From contig OZ038379.1 of assembly GCA_964036045.1 (NCBI GenBank), positions 66,526,001 through 66,590,000 on the forward strand: DNA of 64,000 nt, given 5' to 3'. The stretch is from Eutreptiella sp. 'Long Island Sound 2002'. Taxonomy: Eukaryota > Protista > Euglenida. Under the pieces are notes generated by a model. That model worked only from the letters and a program-made list of their open reading frames with translations. It was not told the origin of the DNA and did not search any database. Positions within the stretch are counted from its first letter, which is position 1; the number at the start of each line of letters is the position of its first letter. Positions 12,885 through 23,699 of this stretch are shown here, piece after piece. The position numbers and the translations under genes were made by a program.

Positions 12885-13115
12885 GGGGGTTCCTGTGCAG
12901 AAAGTGTCTAGGAAGGGGTACAGGAACGGGCTTCTTGTACAGGAAGGGGGGGGGGTTCCTATGCAGGAAGGGGTCCAGGAACGGGTCCAGGAAGGGTTTT
13001 CCTGTGCAGGAAGGGGGGTTCCTGTGGGTTTACTGGGACAGTTCCTAGCCAGGAAGGGGGGTGGTCGTGTGCACGAAGGGCGTTCCTGCGGGGTTCCTGT
13101 GGCACTTCCTGGGCA
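12885..13115 (-). repeat. Internal array of the same motif in inverted orientation (GTGCAGGAAGGGGGGTTCCT)
   Basis: Reverse-complement copies of the 10884-11125 motif, ending just before the transposase ATG. Confidence 0.8.
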
Positions 13116-13119
13116 CATC

Positions 13120-14832
13120 ATGCCCTCACGATTCCTGGCAGGTTTTCATTTTCCTGTAATGCAAAAGCCCGTTGCCAATTTCTTTGCCAGTGTTGTTCGT
13201 GTGACCCCGTAATGGGATCTGGACGTTGATGCACGGCCACAAAGACGGAAATTAATTCGCGACGTTGTGGGCGCTGTGCTTGGAGATGACGACATCGTTG
13301 TGTGCACAACCGGTAACGGTATAGTGATTGCGTCCAGCAGCCACGAGGTGCGCGATGACGACGAGCAGCATGTTTCCGAGGAAGTGATCCAAGTGTTGCA
13401 AACGGCACACCACATGAGCCTCTCCACGCGCAACATGTTAAAATTGGAGCGCAATTGTACACGAAGGGAGTTATTGGACGGGCGCAGCAAGCTGTTGCCA
13501 TATGTCGCAACGGCCCTGGAGGTTTCATCGGGGGTGGTATCGCGCCGATCTGCCGTTGTATGTCCACTCCTTGAAGTAGTGCAAAGCCAGCTGACGTGGA
13601 GTAGGGCGTGCGGTATGTTTAGCATTTTGCCAAGACCGCCTCTTGATTATCATATGCGCAGATGCCACACCACTGTGGCAGACGTCGGCCACCAAGTACA
13701 TAATCCACGTGACCGTTTGGTCGGGGGTGTAGCGGCTGCAGGCGTCGTGCGACGCTGGGCGACGTGGTGGGCGCTTCATGGTCCGGATGACACGCACTGT
13801 CTCCTGGCCATTGACACTAAGGCAAACCTTAATTAGGATTTTTTGGATGTTTTGTCCACTGTGGATGTTGGTCCCTTAGGGAATCGTATCCCCAATGTAT
13901 GTGCCTTGATAGGTGATGGCAAAGCCATGCTTTCGGCCAATTACCACAAGGGAAAATGTTGGGAGGGCTGCCATTGCATTGATTCCTTGGCACGTGCCAA
14001 TTCTGTACCGGCCCAATGCAGGTGGGGCTCCTTTGTGAGGGCAATCGGACCATGCAAACGTGTTGGTGACGTGGAGCATGGCTTGTGTCGTATTGCGAAC
14101 GCAATTGTGAAGCGAGTCAATGAAACATTGAAAGATTTGATTGAAAACGGTCTGCCCGACGTCCCCCGTGCTGCAAGGGACGCAGGAAAAGGTTTGGTTT
14201 TGGAGCTTCACAAGCTTTTGGATAAGGTGAAAAACGATCCTCATGCCGAGCGGTTGGCTCCTAGGCCAACCAAGGCCGGAAAATTGCATATAACAGGTGG
14301 CAAAATATGGTTTGAAGACAGTGCATTACATTGCCGAGTTGTGGCCGTATTGCGGGACAACCTACCTGACGTGGCCTTTGGTGGCGTGAAATTTTTCCTA
14401 TTCATGAAGCATTTGTTATTATCAATGTATCGAATGCACGCGCTCTGGCGCAAGAGGGATTGGCGGACACAGTCTGAACTCAAGGAATTGGAGTCCGCGA
14501 GTGACCGTGTAGGGGAGTGTTGGGGTAAATTGCAATGGGGTGTGACATCTTGGGTACATTGGGCATGTTTTCACGGCGCATATTTTGCGTGTCGCTTTGG
14601 GAGTTTGTACATTTTTCGCAACATTCCGACGGAATACAGAAACCAAGCATTCAAGCGACATCTTAACAACTCGATGCGCGGTTGGTGCCTTCGGCGACCC
14701 CGCATCACACGCCTCGGAATGAGGCACGTGGTGCACACCGACGCATTGAGTGTCGGTTTGCAATTGTACGAGGCGCAACAAGGCCGCGGTGCGGCCGTTG
14801 TCAAGCGACGCAAGCGGCATGTGGACCAGTGA
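13120..14832 (+). pseudogene. RAG1/Transib/Chapaev-like DDE transposase (~570 codons, two in-frame stops)
   Basis: One frame from ATG 13120 with TAA 13210 and TAG 13834. Motifs parallel RAG1 core: LIGDGKAM (Asp 13915; RAG1 GYDEK), VGDVEHGLCR (RAG1 IDALHC), LLLSMYRMHALWR (RAG1 LMDLYLKMKPVWR), VHWACFH (RAG1 FHKTLAH), PTEYRNQAFKR (Glu 14632; RAG1 NESGNKLFRR). Confidence 0.8.
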
Positions 14833-15229
14833 CAACATCAATGTGGTGGCACAATGCCATTCAAGCCCCAGCGAACGGATTTGTGTGCTATTGCCTCGGG
14901 ACAAGAAGGGTCATAGGAAGGGTTCAGGAAGGGGGGTTCCTGCCCAGGAAGGGGTCTAGGAAGGGGGGGGCTCCTGCCCAAGAACCCCCCTAGGAACCCC
15001 CCTTCGTGGCCAAGAAAGGGGGTTGCTAGGGGGGTTCTTGCCAAAAATGGGGTTTCCAAAAACACCCCAAAATTGGGCATCACCAACCCGGGACCCAACG
15101 TCCCCCAAAGTAGGCGCATTGAAGGTGCGGTGTTTGTGTTCAAAGTCTTCGGGTGCCGTCGTAACTGCAGGAGTAGGAAAACCGTAGGAAAGGGGGGATT
15201 CATAGGCCATCCTTCCTTGGCTGCACCCC

Positions 15230-16709
15230 ACACCACAGGGGTGCCCCAGGAGAACGTCTTACAGTGCCCACACGCCGTGACGAAAACCAGCCCTAGCCCC
15301 CCTCGCTCACGCGGTACAATCAAGCGCGATGACGGCTCATGGCCTACATCTGTCGTGGCGAACACCTCGGCAAAAGCAAGAACGTCGTCCCTCAGTCTCA
15401 ACCCCCCCGCCCTTTCTGTTTGTCTGTATGCCCACACACCCCACTGCAACCCAAACTGCCAACACGACCGCTGCACCTCACTTCCGTCATTATTCAGGAG
15501 AGGTAATGAGGCCCCCCGCTGCAAGCGTAACACCCGACGCACTAGGGCGTTGTGACCCTCGAACGCCTCGAGATAACCATGCAGGAAGTTCAGCCTGCTT
15601 CGCCCACCGAGCAGTGGTGCGCCTCATCCTCTAGCCCAGACAGGAATGTAGAGGACCCCCAGCAAGGTGTCAGACGGCACACCCAAGATGATGCGGTACA
15701 TGCTATTGACCGCCGGCTGTAGCGCCGCTAGCACTTTGGGGGGAAGGAAGCTTCCCTGAGTCGCTGAGTCTGGTTTGGATACGACATACACCATTACACT
15801 GCGCGCCGCAAGCAAGAACACCGCCTGAAAACTACGCAAGAAGCGCTTCACGTACTCTGCGCGCGCGAGACACTTGGCCATCAGATTCGGCAGAGCCGTG
15901 TCGGGCTCCAAGGTGATGCCCACGATGACTGGGGGTTCGATGCACATGCGGATGATGCTGCCGAACACCGCAACTTCCGCCGTCACACGCTTGACCTCCC
16001 CCTCCCCAGTGAGCACCAGATGCGTGTACGCGAACTTGGCTTGGTTGCTGGGCGCGCACGCATCTTGCGCCAGTGCGTGCGCAGCCTCGGCCAAGCAGAT
16101 TCCCACAGGTATGGTGCAGCGTACCGCGCCATGCCGCCTACCACCGCTGCCATTACCTCGTGGGGCACTAATGCCGGCCCTAGGGTGTTCTTGCACCAGC
16201 CCAAGAGAGCTTCGCAGCGGAGCACATGTTTCTCCTTCATGGATGCCACCCGCTCCGGATCCAAGCTGAGGCCCACGTACGGCACGGTACTCTTGGTCAT
16301 CAGACAGACCCCTACACGCAGTACTTGCATCGTTCCGGTCTAGGTGCACCATGAGGGAGGGGATGCGTGTTGTAGTGGCGTACACACACTTGCCAACATT
16401 GAGGGACATGACCACGTCCGCCTAGTACTGCGCGATCACCTCTGTGTACTCTAGGAGCTGCGGCAGTGTGTGTGCTATCAGTAGGTGGACGTCGCAATAC
16501 TCCTGTACCAGGGGCGGCACCGCAGGGTGGGCATGTGGTTGGGCTGTGCGGGCAAGGCTCCGCAGGATGGGTCGAAGAGGAGCCGGTTGAGCACGGCGCT
16601 TTCCGCGCTGCCCTACCGTAGGCCACAATGGAGGCGGATGCTCGGGGTGGGGCCGTGCGCAGTGACGATGCGCACTGTGGAGCCACAACTGAGGGTATGG
16701 AAGCCCTAG
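15230..16709 (-). pseudogene. Non-LTR retrotransposon RT domains 4-7 and downstream region, decayed
   Basis: GLR*GSAES (GxxQG motif with a stop, ~16620), EYCDVHLLIA (degenerate YADD), MSLNVGKC, VPYVGL, then ERGGLGL (~15300). Confidence 0.85.
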
Positions 16710-19700
16710 AGACCTATGTTAAAACCAATATGTTTCATTTTTGAGGCAAAAATTAATGTGTTAACCCTAAGTTGACCCTTTTTTTGGGGGGGGGACGGGA
16801 GAAACTCTACTCCCACGGGGTACTTTGCGGGATCGGGTATCATTTTCACACGGGGGTTCGGGGGGGGTCCCACCTGCCTCCATGGAAAAAAATATTAAAA
16901 TTGTCCTCGGGTTTTATTTTTGATGTTAATTTTTCCTTTAATATTTGAAACATTAAAAATTAGAGCGTCGCCGACGTTAACATTAACCTATCAAATGTTA
17001 ACCCAAATTTCCACAAATTAACCCTCCCTCAAACTCCCTACAAGCACACAACAACCCACCATATGCCTTCTCAATGATATCCAGTATTCATTATTGGCTC
17101 CGATGCCAGTATAGCACCTATGCCACGGGTGGTACCACCCGTAGGTTACACCTATTGTGACCCCGTCTTGGGGTCCCACAATTGTTGCATTGGGTCAGGG
17201 GTGGGGTTAGGAGTGGGGCTGTTTTGTGCTGTGGGGTCAGTTGGCGGGTTAGTTTTGGGGTTTGTCGGGGGGTTAGTTTTGGGGTCAGGCTGGGGTTTAG
17301 TCTTCGGGTCATGCTGGCCCGACGGCTGCTGGAGGGGGGGTTGGCTTTCTCCTTGCCCTTGCGAACACGGTCCAAGTGTTCTTGGGCACCTTCGGGGGTG
17401 GGGAAGAGGAGGCTACGGGCCACCTAGTAGACCTGGAGGTTGTCTGGGTTTTCCACCCAGGTGACCCCCCCCCTTTTCTCGGGTGGACGCCGGTGACGGT
17501 GCCCACCTCCACGCCCCCGGAGTACGGGACGTGGACTTTGGTGCCGATGAGGGGGTCGTCGGCACCCCCCCCCCCCTTTTGGGGGCGGTTTGTCTTGTGG
17601 GCTGGGGTGGCCTTGGGGGCCGGGGTGGCCTTCGTGACCGGGGGGGGGCATTTTTTGGTGGGGGGGGGACGGCTCCATCCGTTGAGTCATCGTGCTCAAA
17701 ATGCCATCTAGAGCTTTTTTTGTCACCTATTTTGGTGACTGGGGGTTTGGCGGGTGGTGGTTTGGCCTTGGTGGGGTGGGGGGGGGGGGGCTCCTCATTC
17801 ACCGCTTCCTCACTGTCCCAATCACCCCCCACCCTCCATGCCCATATCTCCTTATCCTCCGCCCCCGTGTGCCCCGCTTGCCGTAACCTGGCCCACTCCA
17901 CAGCCCTGTGCCTCCGTGCACCCACCCACACCTCCGAGCACACCCTCCGCTGCTCCCAATCCCTCAACCCCCTCAAGATGGCCAACCCCAAGGGCGGGTT
18001 GGCGGGACGAGGCGGTGGAGGTGCCCGAGTGGCACCTCATGGGTTGCATCGCGGTCACGCTAGGACACGCGCACGGGACGCGCGTCTGTGGCGTTGATGA
18101 CGACATCCGTCGCCTGCAAAGAGACGGACAGGAGAACACTTAATTTTTATGATGATTTTTTTTAATTTTTTGAAGTTAACATTAACTCTTAACTTGTAAT
18201 TTTTGCGCCAGCGATAGAAAAATCAAATGTTAACCTACCAAAATTAACACAAAAAGTCGAAAGATTAACCCGCAAGCAAGCACATACCTCAAAACCCGTC
18301 GGCGCTACTTGCGCCCGGACAGCTGCCATTGCTGTTTGAAAGTGTGTGGAGGCCGTTGGGGCCTCCACGGGTTCTGCCATGACGTCGGGGGGGGCGGCGG
18401 GGGCGGCTGCGGCCGGGACGGCTGCCTTGGTGAACACAGCGGCGGTGTTCCGCGTGCCGCCCCCCAACCCCTCGTACTGGTGCTGCGCGGCGGGGTCGTA
18501 GACGTGGCGCGGGGGTGCCAGGACTGCAGTTCGCTGGACCGCAAAGTGGACCCCCTTCCCCTGCTGCCACTGACGACACCATCCGAGCGTGACCCAAAGG
18601 TGGAGGGCCACGTGGAAACGTACGGTCTGGAACTGCACACCCCGCGGGTCGCCGCACAAGTTGAGCCAGCTCAACGACCCGACGCTAATGCCGTCTGGCA
18701 CTGGGCTAAGGGGTTCGCCCGGGAGAGGGCGCCAGGTGCACCCGTCCCCTCGCTCGCTATCTCGCCGCTAGGTGCCCTTGTTTTTGCCGTGCCGGCGAAT
18801 TTGGCACCGCACGAGGCAGCGAAGGACCCACTCAAGGGTCATATGCGCGTGCGACGCGCCCGCAAAGAAGGACTGATCCTTTGCGCAGCCCTCTTGGAGG
18901 GCTTATGCCGACCACGTCACTAGTGCGGCCTTGCGGGCGGCCGCGGAAGTGGGCCCCACGGCTTTTGGGAACCACTGGCGGAGGGTTAGCTTGGTTCGGG
19001 GATTGGTGGGGGGGTTGGCCTCCACCACGTCTTCCTTGCCCTTCTCCAACACCCCATCCTCCCCCTTCTCCACCACCACCTCCCCACTCTCCTCCGCCAT
19101 GCCCCCCCCCCCTCCCGCTGGCCTAAGTGTCACCCCCATGGCTCTCTCTCCTTCTCTTCCTCTGCTTCTTCTTCTCCTTCTTCGTCTCCTTGCGCTCCCG
19201 CTGCCGGTCAGAGGAGTTGTCCCTTGACTCCCCTCCCCTTTGACTCGGCGGGGGAGCTCTCGTTGGTGGTGTTGGTGGTGTTGGTGGAGCTAGAGTTGCT
19301 GTAGGTGCTCGAGCTGCTACAGCTCGTAGGCGTTGCTCCACCTGGGACATTGGAGGAGAAAAAACAAAAAAATTATTTCTTCGCCTGCACGAATAATATT
19401 TGCGAGGTTAGTATTTAACCACTCAATATTAACTAATATATTAGATATTAAAAGCCGCCTGCGTTAATATCAACCTACAAATATTAATCGAAACTGCCCA
19501 AAAATTCACCAACACAAAACGCAAACAACAAGCAAAACAAGCAGACCAGGCGGTCTTCTTGGGCTTCCATCATCTCCCCCAAGAGGGCCTTTCGGCTGTC
19601 TTGGTCCATGGATCGGTGAAACAAGAGGTAGGGGTGGGGACGAGAAGGAAGAGGGCGGGGACTTTGGGTGGCCAGGGTTTTGGCCATAGTTCATGGGGCC

Positions 19701-21815
19701 GTATGTGGTACCCCATGGTGTTGTAACGGAAGGCCAAATTTCAAAAACGACCACTCCAACGCTTGCAACACCACCTCCGCCTCCCGTTCCAATGCCGTAG
19801 CCCCCGGCAACCCCCCCCCCCCCCCCCGCGCGGGCCGTGTGGTCGTTGTAGGCCCGCTTGAGGATGGCGTTGAGGCTCTCCACGACATCGGCGCACACTG
19901 CGCCCTACCCGACCCCAATCCGCGCCGCGTTAGCCACCGCCAATGTCACGTCCTCCTGCAAGTGGAAGAGGTAGTTCGATTGGCAGCCGGCCTTGCAACA
20001 ATGCATGCGGTATGCCCGCGCAACCTCCGCCGCTCGTAGGTCGGTACGCAGTGGGGTATCCGAGTACAAGTCCCGGAGGAGGTCCCGCATGGCAACCACC
20101 GCTTGCCACTCATCGTCCTCCGGGGCGTAGGCCAATAGTGGCCCGAGTTCCTCCCATGTGAGGAACAACGCCCGTGCCTCCTCCCCGTCGGGCGAAGCCC
20201 AGGCGCCCAACCGGACGCCTGTGCGAGCCCGGTAGAGCACGCGTTGCAGGGTCACGGCGTTGTCCTTCGGAAGGTTCCCTAGGCGGGCCTCAATGAAGGC
20301 CACTTGGAGGCAGCCTCTGGCCATGCAACAATGGAGGATGCATAGGAAGACCAAGCAGTGCTCCGCCACAACGTGTGGGTCTCCTGCGCACCGCCCATCC
20401 TCCAAGCTGAGGCCCGTCTCCCGATAGCGGCGACGGGCCACCGCCTCCCCCTCCAATGCGCGGCGGACCTCCGCCTTAATCCATGCCGCCGCAACTCTGT
20501 CCCACACACCCATATTGTTAATTAAGCCCACCATGGGCGATATAGAGACGCTCATGAGGCGCCTCACGAAGGGTTGGCCACCCCCGATGACCAACTGAGC
20601 GGGCACCCATTTGGTGCACCAGTAGAACTTCTTGCAGTCGTGGACGGGCTGCAACACCTACGAACAAAGGGGGATTGCGTTTTGCATTAATTTCTCGATG
20701 TTTATGTTAGATTGATTTTTCTGTTTGCGTTCATTTTTGCGAAACATTACGTATTAACCTCGCGAAATTACCGCAAAAACGAAAGCGGAATAAAACGACC
20801 GTATACCTGCGGTTTCTTGGACCATATTGACGCTAGCGCGGCCATGTCCTTATCCCCGCATACGGTGGTACCAATCGCCCATACGTAGGCGGGTGTTCGG
20901 GCGTGTGCACCGTGGTTGAGGAGCCCAATAGAAAGTTGGGTCCAACTTCCACCGGTGCACGGGTAGGTATCCCCATGGAGGAGGAAAGTGAGTGACCGCT
21001 TCCAACCGATGGTGTCCACAAGGGGTGGACGCGATTGGATTTAGCTGGCCCACAATTGCAACAGCCAAGAGCGGCCGCTTGTGGGGGGATCCACCACGTA
21101 CACGCGTCGGTCTAGCGCAAGCGGTTTGACCAACTCTTTCCATGTGTCCTGAAGAGGTCACCCGAACGGATGGGGCGGGCGAAAGTGAAGCCCGTTGCGG
21201 CGGTGTACGTGCCCCCCCGGCGGGTCATGAACTTCAACGCATGCCGCAAGCCGCCTTTGGGGACATTCAAGTCCATAAGTAACCCGATTAATCCGGGTAC
21301 GGGGAAGAGGACGGAGGCATATTGCTTCACGGCCTCTATTTGTTTGTTGCGGATGACAGGGAGTTGGGCGACCTTGGTGGCCTCGTCCCACCGGGTCCTT
21401 GGCCAAAGGGGACGAGGCCACCCACTCACCAAGGAGTTCGGGACCAAAGAGTCCCGCAAACCGTGGCTCCACTCAAACGTTTGAGCGTCATACTAAGCTC
21501 AAGAAGGGTATCACGAGAGAAAGGCATAACAAGAGCTACACCAAGGAAAAAGGAGGTTGGGAGTAGGGTGAGTGGGAGGACCTTAGAGGGATGTTTGGGC
21601 CTAAATAACCACCTAGAGGACTGTGCAACCCCTATAGCAACCCGTTCGGCACCCTATGACCACGCAAACACATCAAATGGGCATGGTAGCAGCACAAGCA
21701 AAGCGGGGCAAATGTGCCCAAATTGGGATAACGGGTTGATATTTGACTAGTTAATTTTTACACCCTTTGATATATCATATATTAAAATTACCCATATTGG
21801 TGTCAACGTAGGTCT
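16710..21815 (-). mobile_element. Element B: 5.1-kb DNA transposon inserted in the LINE RT
   Basis: TIRs (G)AGACCTATGTTAAAACCAATATG and CATATTGGTGTCAACGTAGGTCT(C), 21/24 identical. CTAG is duplicated at 16706-16709 and 21816-21819 (or a TA TSD with GAGACC ends). RT domains 0-3 and 4-7 lie on either side. Confidence 0.9.
17118..21527 (-). pseudogene. Spliced RAG1/Transib-like transposase gene with long C-terminal extension; introns 20658-20806, 19342-19546, 18114-18287
   Basis: FLLHGDTYP, VIGGGQPFVRRL (Asp apparently mutated), LCILHCCMAR and SNYLFHLQEDV...GAVCADVVESLNAILKR parallel RAG1 motifs. Three AT-rich GT..AG introns, all phase 0, restore the frame (KKPQ|VLQP, EDRL|VEQR, TGFE|ATDV). Terminal CNNCGTPRRGHNRC knuckle; several stops and frameshifts. 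Confidence 0.75.
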
Positions 21816-22720
21816 CTAGGGAGTGCCTTATAAGCTCCTCCAGGACCCCCATGTGGCGCCGGATGAGAGCTAGAGCCCCATGCGGGGCTGTGTTGAAAGC
21901 CTTGGAAGGTCAAAGGCCAGGGCGTGATTCTCCTCTTGACCCCGCTGCAGTGTGCGTTGTGCCAGGCACACCGGGGCTGCTGCCGTTGAGCCGGGCATGG
22001 CCCCGACCTGCCAGTCTGCAGCCATCCCTTTACCAGCCAGGACTGCCGTGCACCTCCGCATGAGGGGGGTCATAAGCATTCTCATGTCCTGGTGTCCGAA
22101 CACTATGTGCCCGTATGCATCCAAGTCCCCTGTGGCCATACCCTTGGGCATCAGCCAAAAAATGATGGCCTCATGCCATGACTCCGAGACTTCTGCCCCA
22201 TGGAGGATGGCTCCATAAGCATGTACCAGGAGCCCTTGCATTGGCTCTTGCAGCTCCGTGATGAGGGCCGCTGTAACCCTATTGGACCCCGGCGCTTTGT
22301 CGTCTGCCACCGCGTGTTTCACGACGACCTTGAGGTCGTGCAGGGTGTTGTCCTGCACCGACCTCCACTCGTCACGTACACCCCGAGGGATGTTGGCCCG
22401 GACCAGCCTTCCAAAGGCCCGTAGGTTCACGGGCCACTTGGCGTACAGCGACTCCCAGTACCTCTGGAGCTCCGCAATGACCTCCGAGGCCTCCATGAGC
22501 ACTTTCTCCTACTCCCGGACGCGCACTGACCATAAGCTGGAGGGAGCATAGCTGACCACATTGATCGCCCCGCGGATCGCCGTCCACCGTATTTGCATAT
22601 CCGGCACCTTGTCTCCGCAGTAGTCCTTGATTGACTTGGGCCTATTGCGCCGGAGGACGCCCTTGAGCTCTTCCACTCGCTGGTCGAGCTGCTGAAGCTG
22701 TTGATCCAGAGCATCGCTCA
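21816..22720 (-). pseudogene. Non-LTR retrotransposon RT N-terminal domains 0-3 plus linker
   Basis: DKAPGSNRVT, WHEAIIFWLMPKG..DLDAYGHI, WQVGAMPG and ALAFDL in ORF 21870-22502. Confidence 0.9.
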
Positions 22721-22949
22721 GTTCCTACATGGTGGCAGGAGACAGTTTAGGGTCTACCAGCTAGGTGCTGCAGAAGGGTGGCAGCTTCTCGGGAGGCGAA
22801 CGGTGCCCCCTCGGCGTCCCGTCTCCATAACTCCCGGGCCCGCCATAAGAGGGCCTGTTGATCCATGATTTCCTCGGATTGAGATGCTTCTGTATCCACC
22901 TGCCCATACGTGTGTTGCGGATCCAGGCCTGCGGGCATGCGAACCCCCG

Positions 22950-23690
22950 TTATTTGCGACACTTTGGCACCGAAGGCGTAGAGCACGTAGAAGACTACCT
23001 GAACCTCCGGCATGTCCATGATCGCCGCATCCTGGTCCGGCGAGCGCCACCTTTTAAGGGCCGGGTCATCACAGGCGCGCTGCAGCACCCTTCACGCGTG
23101 CGCTGCTGGGCTTCCTCCTCCGAGTGCCCCGCCCTCAAGAACCCACACTGTTCCCACAATGCCACGAAGCCTTCGTGGTGGGATGTCCCGGGGACTCCAA
23201 CCATACGTTGAAGTCTCCCCGGAGGAGCACTGGCGTCGTGCCTCCCGCGCTCTTGGCCGCCGCGTACATGGCCACGTCAGCCCAAACGATGCCTTAGACG
23301 CCTCCGCTCCCCGGACTGTGGACATTGATGACCGTGAGTGTCCCAAGGAAGGTCACCACATCGAGGGCCATGGGTTTGCTGGGCACAATGTCCACCACGT
23401 CTCCAACTTCCTCCGCAGCGAACACTTCCGCTCCCAAGGCTATCAAGAGACCACCACGCACAGGGGCCGTTGGCGCCGCCTGGGGGTCAGCCCCGAGGAA
23501 CGCATCATACACATGGTGGCGCCACTGATGTTCCATGCTTACCATGCCTTGGGGGGCCTGCAGGCCTGTCTCTTGGAATATACCAAGCACGGCACCTTCG
23601 GCGTCTAAAACGCCGCTACAACCGCCTCGCTATCAAGCATGCCCGGGGCCGTGGGCACGCCGTCTCCTTGCATGGAGCCTTGGACGTTCT
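22950..23690 (-). pseudogene. APE (AP-endonuclease-like) domain of the LINE
   Basis: Ordered motifs NVQG (~23688), GIFQET, LTVINVHSP, GDFNVW (~23220) and GDH (~23025), spread over shifted frames. Confidence 0.85.
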
Positions 23691-23699
23691 AATACACCG

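Larger units (their letters stand above)
8424..15229 (+). mobile_element. Element A: 6.8-kb multi-gene DNA transposon with RAG1/Transib/Chapaev-like transposase, inserted in the LINE
   Basis: ~38-bp TIRs GGGGTGCAGCCACGGAAGGGTGGCTTAGGAACCCCCC (8424-) and its near reverse complement ending GGCTGCACCCC (-15229), 5 mismatches. Flanks ACAT/ACAC give a 4-bp TSD with one C>T; an alternative 5-bp CAACA/CACCA is possible. LINE sequence resumes on both sides. Confidence 0.85.

Noticed and set aside
10154-13836. Alternative genetic code (TAA/TAG = Gln), suggested by in-frame TAR stops in element A genes that otherwise end in TGA
   Set aside because: The same elements also have frameshifts; a TAG in element B (19905) sits where Leu is expected; the 498-aa ORF uses CAA/CAG for many Gln without any TAR. 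C>T decay explains the pattern
8424-21815. Polinton/virophage or giant-virus insertion (multi-ORF TIR elements)
   Set aside because: No pPolB, packaging ATPase, capsid or retroviral-type integrase motifs; TIRs are short and TSDs are not 6 bp
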